A stretch of 63,625 nt of DNA, filler included, from Octopus bimaculoides (lineage: Eukaryota), in NCBI RefSeq assembly GCF_001194135.2. It is 7 parts of 5 records of this genome, joined end to end, with 100 filler letters (N's around TTAATTAATTAA, not from the genome) between each part and the next. Parts side by side here need not be neighbours in the genome. Positions count along the whole stretch, not along the records: positions 1 to 21,864 come from NC_068984.1; 6 more parts are not named here. One strand, 5' to 3'. The notes under the pieces were generated by a model. That model did no database searches. It was not told where the DNA came from and worked only from the letters and a program-made list of their open reading frames with translations. Below, piece by piece: positions 1 to 13,559 of this stretch (position 1 is the first letter of the stretch; each line of letters starts with the position of its first letter). Position numbers and translations under genes: made by a program.

Positions 1-369
1 GCCAGTGCCCCTGGACTGGTTCTTGTGCGGGTAGTACATGAGATGCACCATTTTGAGCGTGGCCGTTGCCAGTACCGCCTGACTGGCTCCTGTAGGATTT
101 TCGAGCGAGATCGTTGCCAGTGCCCCTGGACTGGCTTGTGCGGGTGGCACATAAAAGACACCATTTCGAGCGTGGCCGTTTTCGTGCGGGTGACACGTAA
201 AAGCACCCACTACACTCTCTGAGTGGTTGGCGTTAGGAAGGGCATCCAGCTGTAGAAACTCTGCCAAATCAGACTGGAGCCTGGTGTTGCCATCCGGTTT
301 CACCAGTCCTCAGTCAAATCGTCCAACCCATGCTAGCATGGAAAGCGGACGTTAAACGATGATGATGAT
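1..369 (+). mobile_element. 3' end of RTE-clade LINE (3'UTR with ~66-bp subrepeats and (GAT)n tail)
   Basis: Ends ...CCAACCCATGCTAGCATGGAAAGCGGACGTTAAACGATGATGATGAT. The same terminus occurs reversed at 4716 (attached to RT coding sequence) and forward at ~8100. Confidence 0.8.
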
Positions 370-1916
370 TACACCCACTATCTCATGGATTTTCTATTTT
401 TACAATAACTTGGTCTCAGTTGACCAGCAAATTTACCAGATGTATGTATTTATTGAAAGTTTTATGGAAGTGGGTAAATCTCTTTTTCAAGTTGCTGATT
501 TTCTGTTGTCTGTTGACAGGCTGCTTGTTCTTATTAGTATTTTTAGATAAGAGCGTTGAATTCTACTTATCTCTCCAAATTGTGATAACAAAATTATTAC
601 CATTTTGATTGTGTTTATCATCACTTTGTTTTTCTAATTTCATTTTATCAATATTTCTTGACATTTTCTGTGGATAAATCTGTTGATGAGAAAAACCTGT
701 CACAAAAAACATGATGACCTAAATAAAATATAGGTTCTAATAAATCAATCATGAATCTGCCTTCCGAAGCATTTTTGTCATTTTATCATAGTAATTTAAG
801 TAGCCATTGTGTGGATCAGCACAAACCCAGACTTTAATACCTCTTTCTTGGTTTTAATGGAATATATTATATGTAAATGCTAATTGGTCCTTATAAGCAA
901 TCATAGATTCAAAAGTGTTTTGCAATATATCCAAGTAAAAAACAAATCACTTGTGCGTGAGTTAATCATGTCTAGGATTGTTCTTCTGGGGTTTTGCTGT
1001 TATAATGAGGAAAATATATCCTTAAATGTTCCTGAGAAAACATTTTATCTAAGATGTATCCAAGCTACAAAGGGTCTATTGTCCCAAATCAATCATATGC
1101 TGGATGTATTTCCATCACAATTACACATCACAGAAGGCTTTCATTTCTTCAGTTGTATCATATCATTTTCCTTACATCTTATATTTGTCCCCATTAGATT
1201 TTGCATAAATATGGAAGGTATATTTAAAATTATTTTTGTCAATATAGTTTTATTAAAATTTCTTGCTTTTTAATTTGATTTTCATTACTACTAATGTCAA
1301 AAACATTGTGTTATCTTTACCAAAACTGAAGCTTTTTTCTCAGTATTTTCAGTATGCTGGAAAGAGAAACTATACAGGGAAACTTGTTGGTCTCAGTCAT
1401 GTAGTGTATTTCATTTTAGAAATAAATGTGCAGGAAAAAGAATACTCAAATTAACTATTATAACTAAAATTGTGTTCTAAAAGTTACTAAGAAATTTTTA
1501 TAGCAACTAAATATATATAAGGGAGGGTAGAATTGGGATTGGCTGTCAATGTACCAGTCATTTTGTTATTAAAACACAATGACATTTTAGCTGTTAGGAG
1601 TTATTTTGTGATTAGTTCAGTTGAGCTAATCTGTTTTCATTCCATCTATATTATTTACTTAAACAATATATCTCTGATTATTTTTTCATTGTTGTTGATT
1701 TCCTATTGCACAAATTTACACTCGTGACATTACCATTATCACCTTTTATTCATTATTCTGCAGCATGTTTCTGCTGGTTTCAATTTCAAAATTTAATTTT
1801 GTTTTCGATTTTCCTGTTTTCTTATATTTTGTGGTTTTTCTCAGTTATGTATAATGATATTTTGTATATTTCATATTAAAACTAACCATTTTATGAATTT
1901 TAATACTTACTTGTAA

Positions 1917-2090
<174 letters not shown>

Positions 2091-2162
2091 TAAACAATTG
2101 AATGCTTAAAAGGTATTAAAGTGTTCTATGAAGTAGTTTAATGATGGCTAAGTTTATTTTAA

Positions 2163-2349
2163 CCCTTTAGCATTCAGATTAATCTATCAAACATGATGTT
2201 TGTTTATTCACATTGTTTTGAGTTAATCATACATTATCTCATAGCTTCAAGCTTTCAACGATGTGATTGTTTATTTTCAGAATGGCATTGTAGGTTAGGT
2301 GTGAGAAGTTGAATCTGGTTAGTTTTTCCATAGTTTTTACATAAAAGGG
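2163..2349. mobile_element. Degenerate piggyBac-type MITE
   Basis: Starts TTAA|CCCTTTAGCA. The right end is only a degenerate AAAGGG. Confidence 0.4.
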
Positions 2350-3286
2350 CTTATCAATATTTAGTAGTCCAAATTTTTAATTGCTGTGGGCACTAGTATG
2401 ACCATATTGTTAAAGTTTCCTTTGAGACTATATGGCTCAGTCTCACTAGGCGGCACCTTCCACATCTTCTACTGTAGCTGCTGAGTGATCAAAGCTGTAA
2501 GAGTGAAGTTTGGTAGGCAGAAATTGTATGGAAGCCCATTGGAATGACCATTTCTGTTTTGGGAGGTACCTTTAACCCATTACTCAGTTTAACTCTACTG
2601 GAGCCCATTCTGTTGAAGGATTCAGACTAGGTCTCCAGCCTTACAATAAATTCTCTTCCTCCCACTAGTCTTAAAGACTTCGGAAAAGGTTCCTGTTACA
2701 TTTTAAATGCAGTGGATGAGCTTGGTTATTTCTAATATGTAACTTAATTTCATCCTTAGTTTCAGAGAAGCACATCTGCATATCATTCTCAGTTTACAGT
2801 CTTGTATGAAATTTGTTTTCAGTAATAAACATTGCCAAAAATCCTTGAACATGATAGGTTGATGGGTGTAGAAAAAGGCTCTCCACAGCATACAAGTTGC
2901 ATTTAGTTGGTTGTGATTACTTGAACATTCCATTGTTTTTACAAAGCTTGCATACCATTGCAATTTTTCATGTGTACCCCTAAATGGGTACTTGTACTCT
3001 GATTTAAGAACCCCTGCTCTATGGACCTCTTTAAATTTATGATCTTTACTAAATGATTTTTGGCAAATGCAGGCTATCACTTAAACTTTAGTTTTTATTT
3101 GCTTTAAACTGCTTGAAATATGTTTAACAGACTGATCATATTTGTATCAGGGTTAATATATATGCCTTGAACATGTTTGAGAGATTAACAAAACTTAATA
3201 AACAGTACAATTTCTTCATTTTATTTCATATTTTATTTATTTTACTTTTTATTTTATTCATTTTACTTTGTGTTTATTTTTTACAG

Positions 3287-3413
3287 AAAACTTCAAGTGA
3301 TAAAGAACGTATATTATTGCTTACAAAAATTCAAAAATTAGAATCCTTATGCAGAGCGCAGCAAGAACGTCTGAGAGCACAGAAAAGTCCTCCTCCCGCA
3401 ACTGAAGCAATTT
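3287..3413 (+). CDS. TXLN: Taxilin exon (KTSSDKERILLLTKIQKLESLCRAQQERLRAQKSPPPATEAI)
   Basis: ttttacag acceptor, GTAAGT donor, phase 0-1. Matches the taxilin C-terminal coil KIQxLExLCRALQxER. Confidence 0.92.
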
Positions 3414-3654
3414 GTAAGTGAGCAATTAAAAAAAAAAAAGTTTTAGAATGTGTAAATTTTAGGATATGCAGCAGCTGCTATTCTCAAAATAGTCATGTGA
3501 ACTGTGGTATCTGAGTAAGGTTAAATTTGAGGATGTCAGACCTCAGTGGTAGAGCTGGCAAGGAGAAATAAATGTTTAAATAAGTGATTGGTGATATCAC
3601 TGCTATCCCCATTGATGCTGATCCTTCAAGGTTTACAAGCCAACTGTCCAGTCA

Positions 3655-3848
3655 GTCAGTCAGTTAATCTGCCAGAAATAGCAAACAAATTTCCCTCATA
3701 TTATATCCCTCCTTCGTAAAAATAAAGAAGGACACATTGGATAATGTAGTTTTTGATATACAAAAAAATAGGATGGTCATAATTGAAAACCCTTCGATGA
3801 AAGATTTGCCTGACTAAAGGCTGAACCAGAGCTAAATGACAACTAAAT
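3655..3848 (+). mobile_element. 3' part of a dispersed SINE-like family (relatives at ~7195-7275 +, ~10497-10690 -, ~11620-11780 -)
   Basis: Shared motifs CTGCYAGAAATAG, GGACACATTGGATAAT, AGGATGGTCA and a CTAAACAACAAC-type tail among the copies. Confidence 0.5.
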
Positions 3849-4584
3849 GATCCAAGTGAAAATGTAATAATGCACTCTTGTTTGCCATTATATTTTATAC
3901 ATTTTTATTGTGCTGGACTAAGTATTCTTATAAAGGTGTAGGTGTTACTCAACTTGTTTTGAGTTTCTAGCACTTCTCTTTAATTCTCATTTAGAGTGTA
4001 TATCAGAGAGGAATCAACATACGCTGGGATCTTTGGTAACAAACCTACTTGGGGGTGTCTTTCTGGTCACTAGCTTGATCTATTAGAAATAAGTCAAATC
4101 TCCCCCAGATCACTCACAAAAGGAAAAACATATTAGAAAATGTAGTAAAAAAAAATGAAAAAACTGCTTGATTCAATTTTTTTTTCATTTTTTTTCTTCA
4201 GCTCTGGTGTTCAGAAAGACAGAAACGAACTCAACACCAGAGCTGAAGACACCTCTGAAAGCGGGGCACTGCCACATCGAAAACGGTAGAGGAGTAGGGG
4301 TCGAAACTGGACGTGGTTCCTCCTGATGGTGTCTTTAGCTACTGGATCTTATGAAGGAGCTCTTGAGGTAGCGAACCATGAAACGTGGTTGGAATTCCTG
4401 GTTGAAAGGTTTTGATATAACTAATAGCCACCTTTCCATCAGATACCTATGACATTTCTCACTTTAGCTATTCTATTTAGTAAATGAAAGGGTTTTCTCT
4501 GTAGCTTTTAAATGTTGTTTGAAGTGTGATTTTATTTTTTCAAATATTTTAGAAATAATTTTTACTCATGTTTTTTGTTTCCAG

Positions 4585-4632
4585 GTCAGAAGTGTAAAAA
4601 TGAATCCATCCCAACTTCACAAAATGTAGATA
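4585..4632 (+). CDS. TXLN: Taxilin 48-nt exon (CQKCKNESIPTSQNVD)
   Basis: ttgtttccag acceptor, GTAAGT donor, phase 1-1. Keeps frame between 3413 and 8169. Confidence 0.75.
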
Positions 4633-4715
4633 GTAAGTATATTATCCTGTTTAAACTTAATTCTTTAATCCTTTAGCAATCGCATTACTCCTTCAAATGT
4701 AATAGTTCTTTTTTT

Positions 4716-6830
4716 ATCATCATCATCGTCGTTTAACGTCCACTTTTCATGCTGGCATGGGTTGGACGGTTTGAGGGCTGGTGAGCCAGATGGCTGCACT
4801 AGGCTACTATCCAATCTGGCAATGTTTCTACAGCTGGATGCCCTTCCTAACGCCAACCACTCTAAGAGTGTAGTGGGTGCTTTTTATGTGCCACCAGCAT
4901 GTGGGCCAGTCAGGCGCTACTGGCATCGGCCACACTTGGATGGTGCTTTTTATGTGCCACTGGCACTGGAGCCAGTCAGGGGGCACTGGCAATGATCACA
5001 CTCGCATGATGCTTTTTACGTGCCACTGGCACGGGACCAGTTAGGCGGCACTGGCATTGACCACGCTTGAATGGTGCTTTTTATGTGCCACCGGCATGGG
5101 TGCCATTCAGGTGGTACTGTCATTGGCCACGATAACGACTTCACTTGCCTCAACAGGTCTTCAAAAGCGTAGTTTATTGCCCAATGATTGAAGGGTACTC
5201 TTAGATGGGCTGGTTATGCTGCACTGGCATAGGCCACGTTTATGATCTCACTTGACTTGCATATCTCCAAAGGTCTCAGTCACTTGTCATTGCCTCGGTG
5301 AGGCCCATCGTTTGAAGGTCGTGCTTCAACACCTCATCCCAGGCCTTCTTGAGTCTACCTCTTCCGCAAGATCACTCTACTGCTAGGGTGTGACACTTTT
5401 TCACATAGCTGTCCTCATCCATACGCAACACATGACTGTATTAGCGCAGTCGTCTCTCTTGCACACCACATCTGATGCTTCTTATGTCCAACTTTTCTCT
5501 CAGGGTGCTTACACTGTCGTGTATGCACACTGACATTACACATCCAGTGGAGCATACTAGCTTCATTCCTTGCAAGGTTACACATGTCCTCAGTAGTCAT
5601 GGCCCTTGTTTCACTGCCATGTAGCATGGCTGTTCGCACACATGCGTCATACAGTCTCCTTTTTACTCTGAGCGAGAGGCCCTTTGTCACTAGCCGAGGT
5701 AGGAACTCTCTGAACTTTGCCCAGGCTCTTATTATAGCAGCTACACTCTCAGAGCAACCACCCCAGCTACTGACTTGGTCACCTAGGTAGTGGAAGCTAT
5801 CAACTACTTGTAGTTTTCCCCCTGGAATTTGACGGAAGCTGTTTTCTGCACATTTTCAGTGATTATTGTCCCTGAGCATTTGCCACACACAAGAAACATC
5901 TTTTCAGTTAGTCTTCCTTTGATATTGCTGCACCTCTTATGTGTCCATAGCTCACACTGGGTACATCTTATGGAGTTTCTACCTACGCCTTTTCTACAGA
6001 TTGAGCAGGGCCATCTATCTACCTGAAGGGATTTGTGGTTTGTCTGCCTTCCTACTTATTAAGACTTTGGTTTTTGCTAGATTGATTCTAAGGCCCTTCA
6101 ATTCTAGACCTTGCTTCCACACCTGAAACTTCTCCTCTAGTTCTGATAGTAACTTAGCTATTTTGAGCAAGGTCATCAACTTAGAGAAGCTCCCAGGGGC
6201 ATACTGTCTTGAATTCCTGTGTTATTGCCTGGAGGACTATGATGAATAAGAGGGGGCTGAGGACTGATCCTTGGTGGACTCCTACTCCTACCCGGAATTC
6301 TTCACTGTACTCATTGCCGACCGTCACCTTACTCACAGCATCCCTGTACATGGCTCACACAGCTCTCACTAACCATTCATCTATCCCTAGTTTCCTCATT
6401 GACCACCAGATAAGGGATCGGGGAACCCTGTCAAAGGCTTTCTCCATGTCAACGAAAGCTAGGTATAGAGGTTTATCTTTGGCTAGGTATTTCTCCTGCA
6501 GCTGTCTTACCTGAAATATAGCATCAGTGGTGCTTTTCCTTGGCACAAACCCAAACTGCATCTTGTCTAGACTGACTCTGTCCCTAATTAGTTGGGCTAT
6601 GACTCTCTCTGTGACTTTCATTACCTGATCCAACAACTTAATACCTCTGTAATTATTCGTATCTAATGCATCACTCTTACCTTTGTAGCAGTTGACTATG
6701 GTGCTGCTACACCAGTCATTCTGTGTGACTCCTTCATGTATCACCTGATTGACTATACGAGTGACTACACTATAGCCGACACTGCTGGATAATTTAAGCA
6801 TCTATGCAGTAATTCCTGATGGGCCAATGA
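4716..6830 (-). mobile_element. 5'-truncated, degraded RTE LINE (RT, C-terminus and 3'UTR) in the taxilin intron
   Basis: NYRGIKLL...QFGFVP..STTDAIF..RQLQEKYL...LAFVDMEKAFDRVPR, then GVHQGSVLSPLLF, LHGSET, and a (GAT)n tail at 4716. Contains frameshifts and stops. Confidence 0.92.
4876..5131 (-). repeat. Four ~66-bp tandem units in the RTE 3'UTR
   Basis: G(G/A)TGCTTTTTA(T/C)GTGCCAC recurs at 4876, 4942, 5008 and 5073. The same unit is on + at 1-220. Confidence 0.85.
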
Positions 6831-7604
6831 TTCATCAATGATTCATTGATGACCACAATACTCTAAGATGTATGTAATTTCATTACATTTTACAGTAATC
6901 TTCCAACTATTGGTGTGTGATACACCATTAGTTATCCTCAAAATAATCCCCTTATCACCAAAATAATCCCATTATTGATGTTTCATACACCAATAAATGG
7001 GTTATTTGTAATGAAGACAGCAGTATCTGTGAGTTGCATCTTTGTGACCATGTATTATTTCCACATCGTTGAGCTAATGATGGAGCACAAGCTATTAAGG
7101 GAGCCTCTAAGTGGGTATCAACTTAGCAAAAATAGCAGATTACACTATGGCTATGAAAAGCAAAGAATTCTATTGCATTAGCAAGGCCTGAGAGATGAAT
7201 AAGATGGTCAGGACCAGAATACCTCAGTTCATAGGTTTGCTCTGTTAGAGCTGATCCTGGACTAAACTGCTACAAAAGCAGCATACTGAGCTGTGTCCAA
7301 TAACACACCTAAAAACAAAGCAATTATGAAATTTAAAAATTAAAAAGAAATTTTATGATTAAATTTCATTATGTTTCTATAAATAATTTTGGTGTATATC
7401 TTTACGGTTGCCTTGTAATGTAGCAATCATTTTTATAATGTTTCAACAATCAATGTTGTTATATTCTTTATAAAAGTATTACTTTGTGCAGTATTACAAT
7501 ATTGACTATTGGAATATAGAATTTTCATTTGCTTCTCTTTCATACTCAGAATATTTTCATTTGGAAACATCCATTGAAATAGCATAAATTTTCTTTCAGT
7601 TGGT

Positions 7605-8102
7605 CATGTAATTCGTTTGAATGAAGACAGTTGCATCAAAAGGTGCCAATCTACTTGTAGAGGGAACATAGGGAAAGGGTAGACTCAGGAAGACATGGGA
7701 TGAAGTGGTGAGAAAGGATCTACTAATGTTGGGACTCACAGAGGGGATGACAGGGAACTGAGACTCCTGGCGGTTTGCTGTGCTTGAAAAGACACGTTAA
7801 GCTAAATAAGAGCGTGGTTGCCTTTGCATACAAGCTTGTCCCCGGCAACTCTCTCCAGCTGAGCATCCATAATCTTGCGGGCTCGCAGGAGCTGGTACCA
7901 TGTAAAAAGTACCTGTGCCCGTGCTGTGTAAAAGCATCCAGTACACTCTGTGAAGTGGTTGGCATTAGGAAGGGCATCCAGCCATAGAACTCATGCCAAA
8001 ACAAACAGGTAGCCTCAACAGCCCTTCAGCTGGTCAGCTCCTGTGAAACCATCCAACCCATGCCAGCAAGGAAAATGGATGTTAAATGTTGATGATGATG
8101 AT
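7605..8102 (+). mobile_element. RTE LINE 3' fragment
   Basis: GKGRLRKTWDEVVRKDL-type C-terminus followed by the same 3'UTR and (GAT)n tail. Confidence 0.85.
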
Positions 8103-8168
8103 AATGGTTTATTTGATTTCATAGAATTATTTCTTCATAAATTTTACTTGATGTTTTTTTTTAAATAG

Positions 8169-8518
8169 GTGAATCGACCAACCAGGCAGCAAATAATGAT
8201 GAAACTGCTATGACTGAAAATGCGGTTTCATCAGGAACAAGTCCTGCTGCAGATCTTAAAGAAGCAACTGCTCAGAAAAACAAAGCTGAAATTTCTTCAC
8301 ACCCTTCTGAGGAAGTATCCTTATCCACTCAAACGTCTGTTGCCACTTGTTCTGAACCTAGCAATGCATGTGAAGAAGCCGCTCAACACATTGAAACTTC
8401 TGATAAAGAAAACTTTAGTGAAACAGAACATTCAAATAATGTGGAAAGCACTTCATCTGGTTGTAATAATGTAGCAGAAGAAGTCAGACAGGTTGAAACG
8501 ACTGCATTGGTATCTTAA
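8169..8518 (+). CDS. TXLN: Taxilin terminal coding exon (acidic Ser/Thr/Glu-rich tail ending ALVS*)
   Basis: ttttttaaatag acceptor, phase 1, open to TAA at 8516-8518. Includes ORF 8210..8518. Confidence 0.82.
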
Positions 8519-8903
8519 TAATTAAAGATCACTGGCAAACTTCTATGTTTGTAGCAAGTTTAGTGAACAGCACAATCTTTTTTTAACTGATTTTAAATCT
8601 CATTTCAGAAAAAAAATCTTAGTTTTTTTTTTAAGAATCTCAGTCTTTTGTTTGCATTAAATTGGCCTTTTAAATCCCCTTTTCTGTTGGTTTATTCTCT
8701 TTTATTTGAACTAAATTATAATAACAAACATTCTCAAAATATTAGTATTGCTATACCGGATATAAAATCAGAACTTGTCCTACCTCATCTGATGGAACAA
8801 TCTAATTTAGCTGAATAGGAAGAAAAAGAAGAAAGCCTTCAATTTTCGTTTTAAAATCTTTCTGCTCTATATATTGTTTAACCATAACCATCTTTCTGAA
8901 CTG

Positions 8904-8909
8904 AATAAA
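8904..8909 (+). promoter_or_regulatory. Candidate poly(A) signal AATAAA (alternative at 9855-9860)
   Basis: Hexamer downstream of the taxilin stop. The background is AT-rich, so specificity is low. Confidence 0.3.
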
Positions 8910-11331
8910 ATTAATTTTCGAAATAGCTGATATGAAACCATATTTGCTATATAATTAAGAAGGAACCTAATCTTTTCTCTTTAAGATAGAAATAACATTA
9001 ACTTAATAAGAAAAGATAGAATACATTCTAAAGTTTTGTATATTTTTATGATCATCATGAAGTTTCAGATGAATAAAAGTATATTAATTGTTCNNNNNNN
9101 NNNNNNNNNNNNNNNNNNNNNNNNNNNNNNNNNNNNNNNNNNNNNNNNNNNNNNNNNNNNNNNNNNNNNNNNNNNNNNNNNNNNNNNNNNNNNNNNNNNN
9201 NNNNNNNNNNNNNNNNNNNNNNNNNNNNNNNNNNNNNNNNNNNNNNNNNNNNNNNNNNNNNNNNNNNNNNNNNNNNNNNNNNNNNNNNNNNNNNNNNNNN
9301 NNNNNNNNNNNNNNNNNNNNNNNNNNNNNNNNNNNNNNNNNNNNNNNNNNNNNNNNNNNNNNNNNNNNNNNNNNNNNNNNNNNNNNNNNNNNNNNNNNNN
9401 NNNNNNNNNNNNNNNNNNNNNNNNNNNNNNNNNNNNNNNNNNNNNNNNNNNNNNNNNNNNNNNNNNNNNNNNNNNNNNNNNNNNNNNNNNNNNNNNNNNN
9501 NNNNNNNNNNNTTGAAATATAACGAAGAATTTCTTTGTTGTCTTATTTTGAGCATGGGAATTTGTTTTCATGCAATATATTTTCAAAGATTGGATGGTTT
9601 TAACATCCAAGCTAAAAAATTTTTTTTTAGTTTAAAAATATGCCTGATTTGTGACCTAAAGAGTCTATTTCAAACTGTCTCTGCCTTCTAAATGTACTTT
9701 TTAAAAAATTTTAAATTTGTTTCTTTTATGTTATCATAGAAGCATGAAAGAAGTTTTGGCTGACTTAAAATTTAAATAATTTCAATTAGTTTGCTGATAA
9801 ATAACTAAAAATCAGCCTCTGGCTTTGTACCTATTTTTATATAATAATGCTTTCAATAAATTTATTTATTTATTGTAATATTTTGCTTATATTTCTTATA
9901 TCCTTCCATTAATGAAACTGCCAGGTTTATTTCTGAATTTTGTTTTGATTTTTTTCTTTGTAGAATCTCTTGCTAACATAATTTCCATGCAACAAATGCA
10001 TAATCTATGAATGTGTTGATGTTTGTATTTATGTGTGTGACTTTTTTGAAAAAAAATAATTGCTAGTGTATAAATCTCCAACACCAGAAAGTTAAGGTTT
10101 ATATATGACATTGGATTCTTTATATTATTGACATTGGATATTTGTTGCTTGTTTCATTTTTCATGTTGATCTCTTAAGATTTACTCTAGTGTCTTAGGAG
10201 ATAATGAACAGAAACCAAGGAATAACAGTTAAAACAAACCCTGTGATATTTATTCAGTCCAAGGCTAGTTATGTATTCTATTACTCATTTAATATGGGAA
10301 TCCATGTACCAAATGAATAAACAATGGAAATATTTAAGTCTCTTCTAATATGTTTTGTTTATTTATTACTGCTTTTTTTTTTACTAAATTAGATTAAAAT
10401 AGAGCATTTTTATTAGTGTTAAAAACTGAATTTTGGTTGGTGTGTTCCATAGTTATTTTCATGTAACAGTTCATCATTATCACTGATAGTGTACGTTGTT
10501 GTTGTTTAACCTCAGGTCAGTTCTATTTAAGCAGACCTATAACCAATCCTGTCTTGACCATCCTGTCTTTTTGTATATTCATGAATATATTATCCAATGT
10601 GTTCTCATTTGAAGGTGGTTGGGTGTGATTTGAGCAAGATTTGGCCACTATTTCTAGCAGGTTCAACCACTGCACATAAGCTTCTCACATTTGGCTTATT
10701 AGATTATATCTTTCTATATTGCTACAACTTTTCAGTTGTCTTCATTCCTCTTGAGATTTTGCACACAGCAAAACTTCTTCAAACCGTAAATAAAAGATTT
10801 TTTAAAATCTTCATTTCCTTATTTTGCTCTTGGCTAGAGATTGCAGTATACTCTTATATTGACTTTTACCTCTGATAAGCCTCTTTTTAACTAATCCCAA
10901 GTCAGTTTGTTTATTTAAGTCAACACCCAGACACACAGCAGTATAGATAATTATCTGTGGGAATTTGAAGAAACTTAGTATTAATTTGTTTTGAGTAAAT
11001 GTTTTAGGTTTGGCTGTTTCATAAGCACATTTGTCTTAATTGCAGTACTAGAAGCTATGTGCATGAGTGATAAGGTGTAGGGAGGTTTAAGCATGTGATT
11101 TGGTTCTAAATTCAGAGTTTATTGGAAAAGTTTAAAATATGGTGCTGAGACTGATTGAACATATAGAAAACTAATTAAAACTGATAGTTACCAGAAGAGA
11201 TGTAAATAATTCTGTTGTGTAAAGGGGAAGTGACTTCATTGGTTGCAAGAGGAGTGAATAAATAAGGAATGCAATTGGTGCATAAGAATCTAATAAAATA
11301 TCAAATACTCTTACAAGGTTTCTATTTTATA

Positions 11332-11507
11332 CCCCTGTGATACCAACCTGTCCAAGATTGCCATTGGTTCTGTGACACAAATTTCCTGCTTAAAGTGTTT
11401 TTAGTTGAAACCTTCCATCAAAATTTATGTACCAAACATTGGCTTAATTTTCAAATTTAATTGAAACAAATGCAGTGTATCTCAACAAAAATATGGTGAC
11501 AAAAGGG
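11332..11507. mobile_element. Degenerate piggyBac-type MITE
   Basis: CCCCTGTGATACC at the left and GGTGACAAAAGGG|TTGA at the right, resembling the TTAA-CCCT...AGGG-TTAA element at 43556. Confidence 0.35.
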
Positions 11508-12189
11508 TTGATGTACAAGATAGCTTAACTGGAAAACAGGAAACTTATATGACTTAAATTCTTGCTATAATACCAGCAATAGGAAGAAGTTGAGAACAGA
11601 ACCACTCTTTAGAGATAACATTTGTTTAACTGCAAGTCAATTCTGATCAAGCAGACTGGGATAAAGTATGACTAACTCAGACACAGAATCCTTTGAATTT
11701 TTTTTTTTTTTGGAGTGGTGTGGTATGAAAGGAATTTAGTTGCTACTTCTAGTTAACTGAGTGACTTCATGGAAACTGCCTTGTTGGCATCATATTTTAT
11801 CTTGATGCAAGTGCTATTGTAATTTAAGTATAACAGTTAAAGACTTACATTATCTGAATATTATATGCTGTGAAATTTGAAAGTCAGCAATCCATAAATG
11901 GTAGCATAAAATTGTTTGAAATAAATAACTTTCAAAAACACAAGTTGTACTTTTGCTTGCATGAGATTTTTCCAAGAACAATCTCTGGCATTGTATAAGT
12001 TGAGTAGCGTATCATTTATAATTCACTGGTTGAAGATTCTGTATTCTATTTTCTGTTGCTCTTGCAAAATTAGAACTTCTGTCCAGAGAGAGAGAGAGAG
12101 AAAGAAAGAAAGAGAGAGTTTGTAGACTGACCTTCACTAAAAATATAAAGAACTAAAATGGAATGAGAAATAGAGCTGAAGTCATTAAT

Positions 12190-13200
12190 AATTAAAAAAA
12201 GGAATCCTCAATTGTATTATGAGATTCTTATTGTGTTGCTTATTGTAAGATTCTGACTGACTGATTAATAGTTGCCAAAAGTCTTTGAACTGTGACAGTT
12301 TGTGATTGTATAGAACAAAACATTAATGACAATTTTAGGTCACTACCACTTATTCTGGGGATGTCATTACTGATAATGTGTATTTGAAAATGCTTTGAGA
12401 CAAATTGCTTCTTTCTGCTTGAAATTTTGGGTGAGTTCCTCAAATAGCTTGTCCTTATTATTGTAATGGCAGTTCTGTGTTAGCATTGAGTCTCATAATC
12501 TTGTTTTTTGCCTCTGAATGTTCAGACTAACCTGTTATGACATTGCGATGAGAGCAGTACAAGGCCATCCACGTAATCAAGATCTTCAAGCATGGTCCAC
12601 TGAACTCATCTTCCTGTCTACTACGATATAATTCTCATTATCCAATTGATTGCCAAAAAAACAACAAAGGCAGGTTTTCACTGAAATTTCTTGTTAATCT
12701 TCCATCATAGAACCCCACAGGATATTCCCTCTCATGGTTTCTGTACACATTTCAGTGAGATACTCTGGTGCTTCACCCATTAGACACAGTAGACACTATC
12801 AAACTCCTTTTCATAAGTCTGAAATTTAAATACAGGAGAGATGATCAAACTATAGACTGATCAACCATAGTTCTCAAAGAAGCTTTCTAATCCGCACATG
12901 ACACGTTCTGATGAAATTCTACTTGCTCTTCCTGTAGACGGGCATTTAGTATTTTTTTGAGCCTTTCCAGAATAACCCGGTGGAGATCTTTCCTGGGACT
13001 GACTACTAGCCTACAGTAGTTTTGTATTTGCTAACATCTTTGGGAACTTCACACGGTAGCTTTCTGTCTAGTCGGTGGAGAATTCCTTCTTGCTCCAAAT
13101 CTTCTGAAAGCAATTATAGCATCTGCATTGTAACCACAGGGTTGATCTCGAGGGCCTCTGTCGAGATATCATATAGAAAGACATGGCTTAATGTGTAGAC
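12190..13200 (-). mobile_element. Old RTE-clade RT relic (second subfamily)
   Basis: Degenerate RVILERLK..LNARLQEEQVEFHQNVSCAD, LEDLDYVDGLVLLS and SPKISSRKK segments. Confidence 0.75.
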
Positions 13201-13445
13201 TGCTGCAATCATTAATATCTGTGTCTGTGTGTATCTCTAAATAGCATTGTATCTGGGTAAATATAAAATGATTATATATCTTTTATTAGTGGAGGAGAAT
13301 CTAATTGACTTGATCCTAGCATGTCGCTGCTGTGTTTTTTATTGATTAATTCAACTCAAGTAGGATTTGAATTATTCAGAAATACGAAACACCAACGAAG
13401 ATTATATCATAAAGCATTAAGCTTGTTTTTATTTTCTTTACTCAG

Positions 13446-13545
13446 GACAATATCTCTGAATTTGCTAGTTATCGACCTATCGCTCTTACTTCCAGCATTT
13501 CAAAGGTCACTGAAACAATTGTTAACAGTTACCTTCTCAGGCCAG
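13446..13545 (+). mobile_element. Short LINE RT fragment
   Basis: Translates SYRPIALTSSISKVTETIVNSYL (RT subdomain 1 motif YRPIALTS). Confidence 0.7.
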
Positions 13546-13559
13546 ATGTACTAGAGATC

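Noticed and set aside
4243-4312. CTGAAGA...GAAAC as a hammerhead
   Set aside because: Helix II does not close and no NUH site follows GAAAC.
4876-5131. Regular ~66-bp repeats as a CRISPR-like array
   Set aside because: The units are wholly homologous with no unique spacers, and are part of an RTE 3'UTR in a eukaryotic genome.
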